Notes under the pieces: generated by a model
The model's database searches: none
What the model was told of the DNA's origin: nothing
What the model saw: only the letters and a program-made list of their open reading frames with translations
Made by a program: the position numbers and the translations under genes
DNA from: Pseudovirgaria hyperparasitica
Taxonomy: Eukaryota
DNA: 64,000 bases
Assembly (NCBI GenBank): GCA_010093815.1
Contig: ML996578.1
Strand: one strand, 5' to 3'
Shown here: piece after piece, positions 53,115-64,000 of the stretch
Position numbering within the stretch: position 1 is the stretch's first letter
Layout of the letters: each line of letters begins with the position of its first letter

Positions 53115-55575
53115 ATGTCGGCCGTGGAACCATTAGACGGACTTCTTCAACACTTACAGACATTGAAACCACCTGGGGCATCACCAGCCAAGATTCAGGA
53201 GATCACCACACTTTGTGTCGAAAACATACAGGTTCGAGTCTACATCACCAGCCTTATATCTAATCAGTTGCTAATATTGATAACCTCGTAGCTCGAAGCG
53301 ACAGTCGTTCAGAAAATCTTCATTCAATTCAAACAGGCACCCGTAACACATAAACTTGGAGTTCTATATGTCGTTGATTCCGTGACCAGACAATGGATGG
53401 GAAGAGCCACACAAAGCGGACAGAAACTCGTCGGTCCAACATCGCCTCAAGGCACTTTTGCTAGTGGCGTACATAAAATGACGGAGATAATTCCCATGAT
53501 GATGAGCGAGCTTCTCTCACACTATCCGCCAGATCAAAAGGTTCGTCACCGCAATGCAAACCAGTCATCCGAAAATCGGACACCAAGCACGTACTCACCT
53601 AATTTTAAACAGAAGAAAATCGAAAAGCTGGTTGATATATGGGACCAAAGCACCGTATTACCAAAGTCAACTATCCAAGACTTCCGGAGCAAGCTTAACC
53701 CTCCTGCCACTCCCAGTATTCCATTATCAAATATTCCTGGATCTATTGGGCCGATCTCACAGTACACACCTCAGGATCAATCTGTTCCAAGTACAACAAT
53801 TGACACAAGCAGTATTATTGCGGCGCTGTCGTCGTTGGGTAAGCAGCCAGGACCAGCCAATGGAACTAACCAACAACAGACTCCTCCTCCACAACCTGGA
53901 CAATCAAATCTAGCGAGTCTGCCGCTTGGTGTTCCAACTCAGTCTGTAATTCCGCAGAATGTAGCTTCGTCGGCACAAAACTTTGCCACGTACGGTACAG
54001 TGGGTAATGGATTTGGAGGGCATGCAAACAATGGTGCTTTGTCGTTTGCCCCTTCGGGTAATATGCACACAAATCCTGTAGTATCCCAAACTGCGCAGCC
54101 ATCACAACCACCACAGTCAGATCTGTCGAGCAATCCCATGGCCGTGCAAGTCCTTCAAGGCGCACTGGGTGGAACAATGCAGCTTGAACAAGCATCTGAA
54201 CTGTTGAAATTATTAGGCTTTCCTGAGCAGGCCGGCCAAGTTCTTCAGTTGAAGGCATATCTGCCTCAGGCCCACATATCGCAACAGGTGGTCCCGTCGG
54301 CACCTTCATCCGTAGTACCCACATCCAATGTGCAACTTGATAACTTCTCGAACGGTCAAGACCAAAGTAGGCAGATAGGACACGGAGATCCCCGTGAGTA
54401 TCAGTCGCGATATCGCAGTCGGTCACCAGATCGCGGAAATCGTCGGGCTAGTCCATATAACCGTCGAGAGTCTCCAACATATGGGACGTATGATCCGTCG
54501 CAATCAGCAGAATCTGGTAATGCGGGCCATGATGGTAGTCGAGGGGAAAGGGCAGGTCGTGCCCGTGGAAATGAGTATAGGCAACGTAGCCCACCAGCCC
54601 AACGGCGCCCAGAAGGCGGTCCGAGTAGCAATGATGGATCTCGGAGCTCCCAGAGAAACGTTGAGTTCGATCCTTCTCTTCGTAGTGGTACCATTCGAGG
54701 TTTGTCCCGTTGTCATCGCTGGTCGACCTCGCTCGTACTAATTAAGCCTTACAGTCCTCAGCAGGACATTATTCGTCGGTGGTGTAGCGTGCGTCTATTC
54801 TTGGGAACGAGTAACGACAAATCACTAACCTCCTCTAGTGCATCTGAAGACGATCTTCGAAAAATATTTGGCCAGTTCGGTGCTGTACAGACTTGCGTGG
54901 TCAACAAGGATAAGCGACACGCCTTCGTCAAAATGTACTGGCGCAATGATGCTGTAGCTGCCAAGCGTGGCATGGAGACCCTTCAGGACGAACGGGTCCG
55001 CTCGGTGAGATTGTAGTCCTGAGTAGCGCGCCAAGAAAAATGCTAAACAATTATAACAGACTCGTTGGGGCGTAGGCTTTGGACCGCGTGAATGTAGCGA
55101 CTATACGACTGGAGTGAGCGTGATCCCGATTGACGCCTTGACGGAAGCGGATCGGAAATGGGTTGTTACCGCGGAGAATGGGGGCACCGGTGGAGCACCA
55201 ATTGAAAGTGGCCTGGTGATAGAAGAGCCTGACATTGAAATTGGGGCTGGCGTTTCATCGAAGGCCATCAGCCGTCGCATGGGACCCGAACATGCAGGAA
55301 ACATGAACAACAATAACAATCGCGGTCGCGGCAACTTCGGAGGGAATCGCGGAGGGAACCGTGGAAAGCATCATAACAATGACAATGCACGAGGTAGGAA
55401 CCAGGATCGCCAGCAGAGTCAACATAATCATCTCCAACAATCACAGCCACAACAACATCAACAGGCCCCTCGACGTCCGGCTTCGCCACGACAAGAACCT
55501 AATACTATTGGAGTGCCCCCACCGGTTCCTGGCTTTGGCTTCCAATTGCCAGGATTTCCGGCGAATTTCGGTTGA
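53115..55575 (+). CDS. NRD1: Nrd1/Seb1-like RNA-binding protein (CID + RRM; multi-exon)
   Basis: CID motifs KPPGAS..KIQEIT and HKLGVLYVVDSVTRQW, an RS-rich region, RRM SRTLFVGG..RHAFVKM, and TRWGVGFGPRECSDY..G.S.IPI..LTEAD. Confidence 0.9.
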
Positions 55576-56187
55576 AGCATCTCGTATGCCCATACCGATA
55601 TTAATCTAGAACGATTTTGAGCAACGCGAAGCAGCTAATACCGTCGAGTCAACGGGCCACTTGATAGTTTCATGGAAGGTGGTGCGCATCCTGCCGGCTC
55701 TTGCATCGAGCGTCCGATCGCAACAGTAGCATGTATAATGGCCAATTTGGATTACATGAGACTCAAGATTGCATATATGTATTGCGGGTTGACACAATTG
55801 ATAGTCACACCCATCTGGCAAACATTGCTGTAGCACAGTAAAAGTATTCGAGCGTATAGTCGTCGTGAACCCTGAGGTATATGCCTTGATTTGCCTTGAG
55901 CGCCTCGATTCGCTAAGGCCGTTTATTGTCCATAGCGTTTATAGCTCTGACGACAAATCACATGCTTTAATCAATTCTATTGCTACCTACTTGTTCACCT
56001 TGTCCTCTGCGCGGGTTTGATGGCGAACCCATAACATGACAGCAAAGACTGGCTCAAGGGTCAAAGGTTGTTTTGTGAGCCATAATACCGATCTTAGTAG
56101 AGTTCTTTGAGCTTGGATCAAGTGTGTATGAGTCTATTACCAGCCTGGGTGTCTATCTGTCTTTATGAAATTCAACGAAACACAGTC

Positions 56188-56939
56188 TTATTTCTTCTCC
56201 CAGTCAAGATCGAACCTTCCCTTGGCAGATACATAGCCCTGTAGAGCCTTCATGGCCTCATCCGCAGTCTTCGCCTCAGCCATGATCGGAGCACTATCCT
56301 CATTCACAAAGCCTGCCTTGACCGCAGTCCTCAGCCACTGAAACAGTCCATCCCAGTAACCGTCTACATTGAAAACCACAACAGGTCGGTCATGAATGCC
56401 CAACTGGTTCCAAGTGGTGACTTCCGCCAGCTCCTCCAAGGTCCCGAACCCACCGCTCAGCGCAACAAATCCACTGCCTGGTCCTCCGGCAACCACCTCC
56501 TTGGCCATCATATCCTTGCGCTCATGCATAGAGTTGACTTTCGTTACTCGGCCCACCACATTCTCGTCCAAGCCCCCCTTCGACCTCTTCATCTCGTGCT
56601 TGACAAGTTCGTGGGGGATGACACCGTGCACACTGTCGGGGCCGGAGAGCGAGACGAGGGTGCGGGCAACCATACCCATGATGCCTGTGTTGCCGCCGCC
56701 GTAGACGAGCTTTGCATTAGCGTCGTGGAGTTTGTGAGCCAGCTCTTCGGCGGCTTTGAGATGGACATCCGTCGTGCCGTCGCTGGCGCCACAGCTATGT
56801 TTTGGTTAGGGATCGTATAGCGGCTGAGGGGGGGGGGGGGAAGGGCTCACAAAACGCAGACAACGGGTCTGGTGTTGGTTTTGGTGCCGTTCAGGTGCTC
56901 GGAGAGAGACTGATGGCCATGGGCGGTAGGCTCGTTCAT
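56188..56939 (-). CDS. LOG-family nucleotide phosphoribohydrolase (lysine-decarboxylase-like; one intron about 56795-56849)
   Basis: VCVF/CGAS, LVYGGGNTGIMG, MHERK, GGFGTLEE and TWNQLGIH. Confidence 0.92.
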
Positions 56940-57462
56940 TTTGGATGTGTTACAGTAGCGAGATGTATTGGAGAAGAAGGAAAGATGTTCAATTAGAGGA
57001 TTTGGTTCTACGATGGGGGATTTAAGTCAATGTTGGTTCAAGTCACTAGCTAGGGGATGGTGAAAGCAGCGAATTCACACAAAGGATCTGTTGTCCATGG
57101 TAACAAGGGCGAACAGGGCATCAGTCAATGAGCGATCCGCAAACATTCAATAGAACGAGTCATTACAGAAACGCAAGCTCGCTCTCGCTCTCGTGAGGCT
57201 ACTGTACATGACGGCATACTCGATTGAGCTCGCTGGCACCAATCAGAAGTGCCACAGCCACCAGGCGCTCTGGGCCGGCGCAACATCGCGGGCGCGCTGG
57301 CGTGCTCGCATTGGCGTGTTTCCGGATTTCCAGCCAGCCAAGCCCTGCTAGATCTGCATTCTTGGATCTTCTTTCCACAACCCGGCTGTTCTTCACCTTT
57401 CGTTGACCATATTCGCTGCGTTCTTTTCGTTCCTTTTCTAGACGATCTCCTAATACTGCACG

Positions 57463-59482
57463 ATGCCGCCACAGCAGCAGCAGCAGCAAGCGGGTGCGCA
57501 GCGTGAGGAGGGTGGGAGCGTACGTTGCTAATAGCCCGAATCGGGAAGAATGTTTACTAACTGTGCGGTGACAGTGGTACCAAGGGATCATCAGGAATAT
57601 CGGCATCTTTCTCCTCATCCAGCTCGGTATAAGATACTTCGTCGGAGGCGGAGGCCAGACGACCACTGCTCCGGCTACACCAGGTGCAAAGCCTGGTGCC
57701 ATCACGACATGGGAAGACCGCCCGCTGGAGCAGCGTCTTGACAATTACAGCCCTATACCGAATATGATCACGCCGATATGGCAGGCTGGAATACCGCTCG
57801 ATATCGACATATACATCTCCCCGTCGATTGTCATGACCCCGTTGAAGAACATGCCGAGAGGGTCCTTGATCATGCAAGAGAGAGAATTTGGATACGGCAA
57901 CTACAGTGATACGCGTACTCTCGATACTACCTTTGACGTGCCCAAGGAGGTTCAGAATAATGGTACTCTCTTCGCGCACTTCTACATTGCAAAGTCTGGC
58001 TCGCCTCTCGATCCCTCGGCCGCAGACTATAGCTTCGCGAATGCATACAATTTTGTCTGGCCCCTGACACAGATGCTGCCAAAGAAAAAGGTCAGGAAGA
58101 CTCGCAGCCTGCTGTCTGGCAGTAATGAGACCTCCGAAGAGACCCCCGAAGAAAAGACTGCACCACCGACATATGCTTCATACTATCACCCCAACTTCAC
58201 CATGTCCTTTATTCCAGACTCAGGCACTCAGTCATTCACAGCAATGCACCCCGCCGTCCGAGGATTCATTCAACAGGAGAGGTCCGGTCAGCGGGATGCC
58301 AGTGGGCAGAACGGATGGTATTACCCAATTCTGTTTGTCAATACTTTCTGGCAGTTGCGCGACCATATGACCGAGCTTAATTCTACCGTGACGACTCTTC
58401 CGCTTCACATTGACCTTCAAAACCAGCGTAACTGGATCTTTTCAATCATGGCCTCTATCGATGCTGGCATGAAGCAGACCCAGGCGAAGTCTGCGGCCGG
58501 CCAGACTCCTGCTACTGGAGACGGTTCCGAGTTTGAGGAGTTCAAGCGCATCCTGCTTGACAGTAACATCTATCTCCTGGCTACAACGGGTATCGTCAGT
58601 ATCTTCCACATGATTTTTGAGATGCTTGCATTCAAGAGTGACGTGTCACATTGGCGCAACAAGAAAGACAATGTTGGTACATCCTTCAGAACCATTCTCG
58701 CCAATGTATTCATGCAAACTGTTATTTTCTTGTACCTCATGGACAATAATGAGAACACCTCCTGGATGATCTTGTTCGGTCAAGGTATGGGCATTGCCAT
58801 CGAAGCCTGGAAGATCACAAAGACCGTCAATGTCCGAATACGCCCAACACCAGACAGCCTTATCCCCTACTCGATTGTCTTCGAAAACAAGCACAAGCTC
58901 TCCGAGACGGAGAAGAAGACGCAAGAATACGATGAAATCGCATTCAAATATCTCTACATCATCGCCGTTCCACTCCTTCTCGCCTACGCTGGCTACTCGC
59001 TCGTCTACGACACGCACAAGTCATGGTACTCGTTCATCATCGCCACCCTCGTTGGCAGCGTCTATGCGTACGGCTTCCTCATGATGGTGCCCTCGCTGTA
59101 CATCAACTACCGCCTCAAGTCCGTTGCGCACATGCCCGCCCGCGCCATGACGTACAAGTTTCTCAACACCTTCATCGACGACCTGTTTGCTTTTACCATC
59201 AAAATGCCGACGCTGCACCGCCTCGCGACACTCCGCGACGACGTCATCTTCTTTGTGTACTTGTACCAATCGTGGAAGTACAAGGTTGATTATACGCGCG
59301 TCAACGAGTTTGGGCAGGGTGGTGATGAGGAGGACGAGGAGGAGAAGAAGGCGGCAAAACCGCTTGTTGCGAGCCCGAATGCGGACAGCACGACGGAGAT
59401 CAAGGGGGAGGTTAGCAGTATGCGCGAGGGCGAGGCTGTGGCCACGGGCAAGGCGAAGGGGGATGCAAAGCGGCGCAAGTGA
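57463..59482 (+). CDS. CLPTM1-family ER membrane protein (lipid scramblase family; intron about 57503-57574)
   Basis: VQNNGTLFAH, YYPILFVNTFW, FEMLAFKSDVSHW, PSLYINYRLKSVAHMP, YKFLNTFIDDLFAF and RVNEFGQ. Confidence 0.93.
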
Positions 59483-60444
59483 GGGACATGAGTGGGGAAT
59501 GGGAATAGACATGCGACGCAGTATCTGGGCAGTAATTCGGATCTAGAGACTGAAGAAAAGATAATTTGTATATCATAGAGAAGGAATGTGATATTCCATT
59601 TCTGTCCAGGCGTGCAATCGCTCTATACACAACGTATGAAGAGAACCGGGCACGCCAACGCAGCACACTTACTCATTCATGACCACGCATCGCGATCTCT
59701 CTATCCGCGCAGCCTGTCGAGAATCCTGCAAGTATCCACCCTCGACATCCCGTCTCGATCCTCGAGGTCCTTCTCCGCTCCAGCTCACCAGCTCCAACAG
59801 CCACAGCCCAGGATCAAGTCCCTCGCTGATTGGTCGGTAAACCCAGCGCCGCCACCCCGATATATTACGTCCCCCCTGTCTTATGACGACGCATCTCATT
59901 CCCTGTTTTTCATATCAAGCAAGACTGTCGTACCGCTGACACGCACATTTTCGGGGTGAGACAAGACGAGCCCAGCCGCAGCCGCAGCCCGTGTGGATAC
60001 ATACATACATATAGACAGCTACGCATAGGACACGCATAGGCATAGGCATGACAGAGTCGTAGTCGTGCAAAGCAGGGAATTGGGGGCATGGATCCTGGTC
60101 GGTCGGAGAGTGGCAGGTAGGCAGGCAGGCAGGCAGGCAGGGGGAAGAAGAAGAAGAGATGGTATGTGTGTCGTCATACTTGCATCGCTCACTCGCTGTG
60201 TTCCGGTGATTGATATATGAGGGTATGCGTGCGCCACATTGATCGTGTGTGTGCTCGTGTGTTGATTTTTGATCTTCCTGCGTCGAGTGTTAAGGTGCTG
60301 TGAGTTGTCGTCAGGCTCTACACACTTCTTCTTGCTGCGTCAGGCTTCTTCCGAGGAGCAGTGTGTCGGCTATCCCATCGAAAGCTTTCGAAATCCCGAT
60401 TCCTTGATTCCTCGAATCTGCGTCCTAGTTAGTTATCCGCTACG

Positions 60445-61438
60445 ATGGCGTCTCTGTCCGAGATCACGAAGATGGCGGATCGGCCGCTGAACGAGTATGT
60501 ATCCCACTCCCTCTGTCCCTCTGTCAATCCACAGCAGCATAAATCCAGCCCAACAAAACTAACCCCAAAACAGACTGCTAACTCACGACCTGGTCGACAT
60601 CTACGTCGGGCCCCTCTCAACCCACTGGATCCTACACGAGAAACTCCTCTGCGCGCGCTCCCTCTTCTTCCGCCGCGCCTTCTACACCTCACACAAGCGC
60701 ACCTCCACATCCACACCCTCCAAATCCCCTCGCTCTCAAACCCCATCAAGCACAACCCACGACCAAGACAAACCCCCCTCCCCACCCCCCTCAACAACAA
60801 AAACCCTCTACCTCCCCACCGACGACACCACCGCCTTCCAAACCCTCACATCCTGGCTCTACAGCGCCACAATCCCGCACCCACGCAGCGAATCCGACCT
60901 AACCCCGCTCTTCGACCTCTACCTCATGGGCACTAAATGGGGCATGCCGACGCTCACCGTGCAAGCCCTCGAGGCCGTGCGGTCGTGGTATGCGGATAAC
61001 GGGACGTATCCGAGCTTGCGGCGGGTGCAGTATGTGTGTGCGGGTACGGAGCCGGGGGATGCGATGAGGGGGTTTGTGGTTGGGTGTGTGGCGAGGGGGC
61101 TGGCGCTTGGGGAGGTGGGCGGGCTGCCGGGGCATTGGGAGAGGGCGTTGAGGAGGGATGGGGGGTTGGGGGTTGAGGTGCTTTTGTGTGTTCGGGGGTG
61201 GGGGGTTAAGGGGGTGGATGTGCCGGATTTGAGGAGGGGGGATGGTGGGGTCGTGAAGGGGGAGAAGGAGCAGGAGAAAGAGGAGAAGGAGCTCAAGAAG
61301 GAGGAGAACAAGGAGGAGAATGAGGAGGAGGAGCAGGAGGAGGAGGAGAAAGCGGAGGATGAAGACGGGCAAGCGTTCAATATGAAGGCTTTGAACAAGG
61401 AATTGCCAAATGGACTTGTGAATGGACATGCCGAGTAA
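60445..61438 (+). CDS. BTB/POZ-domain protein (intron about 60495-60572)
   Basis: The spliced frame reads LVDIYVG..HWILHEKLLCARSLFFRRAF..LYLPTDDTTAFQTLTSWLYS..LFDLYLMGTKW, a typical fungal BTB domain, and is continuous with ORF 60926-61438. Confidence 0.85.
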
Positions 61439-64000
61439 AAAAATCTTTGTGCTGCTGCTTGATTTTTTGGGGGTAATTCTGGCGCGGTCGCTGGTTTTCT
61501 TTTTTAAAAAAGTATTTGGTATGTGTTGTTGTAACCATGTGTGTTCCTCTCTCAATCTTTGTAATTCGTCTTCGTAGCTCATACTTTCCCATAATGCAAA
61601 CCACCTACTTCGACTTTCTCGCTTAAACATGTTTGGGAGCCGATTTCACGCAGGCTAATTAGTGGAAAGTTGACAGTAACCTTGAGTAGTGCAGGCCAAT
61701 GCGGTTGGCATACTAGGGACGTGGCAGTAACACAGCTAGTTATCTAGCCCCTTTATTGTGCTGCTGCTTCTGTGCGGGAGTATGGCATCGCTGCCGTGCA
61801 AGGTGATACACAGCTTCAAGATTGGGTATAACCAGACAGACGTGCCCGAGACGGGAAGGACTCGCATATATTCAGCATCTGCTCATTTCAACTGAGAATG
61901 ACGTAGGTGACTTCGACTAATGGGCTTGATACGCATAAGAAGAAGCGAGTGGGAAGCGACATGACAGTCAGCGCGAAAACTTGCGAAGATGGATTGTCGA
62001 CAAGGAGAGGAAAGGAATAAAATGGTACGAAAAGGATGACCAGCAAGACAGAAAAGGATAGAAAGATGAGACAACCCACGAACGTGTAAATCCAAGTCAC
62101 GTTTTTAGCTTTGGATAGACCCGTACACAAACGTACAGGGCTGATTTGACATATTAAGAAGAGCCCTGGAGAAGAAGCTATGCAACTTTGTGTTCAAATC
62201 ACAAATTAGATGTGCATGCGCCAGCTAGCACATTCCCCTCAGCAATGTGGTTGACTTCCCCACAATCGCATGGCTCGCATCAGGCCAAGCGTGCGTGGGC
62301 AGGCTGCATTCAATAGAATCTTGGGAACCCTGGGAAGCAATAAGATATAAAGACTCCTTGTCTACTTTTCCCAACACTTTGGTAACCCGCTGTGTATTGT
62401 GTAGAGACAAGGAATGGGGCTGGCTGGCCTGGGGCGCCAAATCCAAAAGCGTATGTTGCCGCCACCAGCAAAGTCCCAGAACGTCATATAACCCCGGTAC
62501 TCAGCGCTTCTGAAAAGGGCAGTCAATGTTAAACTGCGTCAGTATCCTGGCTGATAATTCCCATACCTAATCGGCCCATACTGACTAGTCTCGAGTATGG
62601 CAGAGTCAGGTAGACGCAGCTCAAAACGCATGACTTGCATATACCATCACTGTCAACGGAATATGCATCCATCGGCTGCGGTGCTGAGTAGCCAGTGTAA
62701 GAAACTCCACTTGCAGTTCACGCTGTCGATCGTTACCGTACAGTTTACGAGAGCCTGGTGAGTCCGATGCAGGTAGCAAGATAGGTGAGGTAGGGCACAC
62801 CACGGAAGCCGTTCAATCCACGAATCAAGACAGACAGACGAACGTCACGATAGAAAAAGTCGGCAGGATGACTACGCATTAGGCAGTTGTGCCGTTGGCA
62901 GCATTCGTTCGTACGGGACGAGAAGTGCGATCGAATCCCCAAAAAATCATTTGTGATGGAGGTGAGAAGAGAGTCCGAGGGAGTGTTGATGCAGCTCGTC
63001 AAGTTTTCGAGCGAGCTTTATCGGGTAGGAGTGCCGATCGAGATGGGTTTCTTGATCCGAGGGGGTGGATGTTGAGCTCAAAATGGGCAATGCGGGGAGT
63101 CGTGTTTCTCGTCGCTGACTAGGACTTTGCGCGACGTTGTTGGGAAGAAGCGTCTTTATGTGGCAATGGATGGACTGTATCCCATGTGACATGCCCTGTC
63201 GAGCCCGATGACAATTGCGCACACTGCATGCTAATACGGATGCTGGCAGGTTTGAGGCTTCGGAATGTGCTCACTTTCTACAGTGCTCCTACTGTTGAGG
63301 CCAGGCTGGCTGGATCGACGGTGCCGATATGGCGGACGGGAGCTGCCGAGGCCTGGTGAGGTTATATTACATGATCGTACATCCTTGATGAGGGAAAAGC
63401 TACGACTACAATCAGCTAATAAAGTGTACAGAATCGTATATATAGCGTCCAGGCTTACGAGACACGAATGAACTCTGCAGAGCCCGGGCCAGGAGCAGGA
63501 GCAAGAAGCATGCATGGGTAGAGAGTGTAGACTGCTCCCTACAAGAGAGGCTAGAAATGATGAGGCAATGTTCGAGAATTGAGACATGGAACATGCATCT
63601 AAACAGGATGCATCCACGCAAACAGTGGCCAGGTTTTTTGAGCGACTGGACGACCGATGAATGTGTTATCCTGAATAGGAAAAGGTGATTAAACTGTGCC
63701 GTGTTGGTGAATGCAGTGGACGATTGCGCGCGGGTAGGGCAAACGCATGCAAGACCCGTCACGCCTTGCTTGGGGAATGGCGGCTGGACGACCTACCAGC
63801 AGCCATCATCAGCATGTAGTGTAATTAATTAGTGGTATAGGGCGCGAAGAGAATCATCGAGCGTATCGCAGCTTAGCGACCTGAAAAGCCGTGATGCGAG
63901 AAAGCAATAAGATTATATTGAGCCAGTCTGATATTGGTTGCTTAAAGAAATCACAAGCGCGTCGTCCACATGGATGGTGACTAGTTTATTGATACGACTG

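Noticed and set aside
60899..61630. 243-aa Leu/Pro-rich ORF on the - strand
   Set aside because: Antisense shadow of the G-rich, Glu/Lys-rich end of the BTB gene.
61500..64000. Short ORFs at the right end of the window
   Set aside because: No motif, codon bias or coherent exon chain recognised; treated as intergenic/regulatory sequence.
1..64000. tRNA, rRNA, CRISPR arrays, transposases or LTR/TIR elements
   Set aside because: None recognised by eye; tRNAscan-SE and repeat searches were not run, so small or degenerate elements could have been missed.

Overview
Gene-dense, intron-containing DNA from a filamentous ascomycete (Pezizomycotina-type GT..AG introns with CTRAC/CTAAC branch points). 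About 22 protein-coding genes are recognisable: an Aro80-like Zn2Cys6 factor, a UBL-WLM protease, Med8, an aldehyde dehydrogenase, PPZ phosphatase, RPS2, TAD3, an amino-acid/polyamine permease, a Raf1/DIM-9-like WD40 protein, BC10, CRT10, CENP-I/Mis6, an SPT small subunit, a mitochondrial GGQ rescue factor, YHM2, ADE12, CIT1, Nrd1/Seb1, LOG, CLPTM1 and a BTB protein. The main find is the ~3 kb gap between RPS2 and TAD3 (about 15100-18050), which looks like a telomerase RNA gene on the + strand. It has an AACCCUAA template directly 3' of a 10-bp boundary helix, many nested long-range helices with G:U pairs, a candidate P5/P6/P6.1 three-way junction and splice-site-like signals at its 3' end. 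All RNA pairings were found by eye, and no folding or database search was run. No tRNA, rRNA, CRISPR or intact transposon was recognised.
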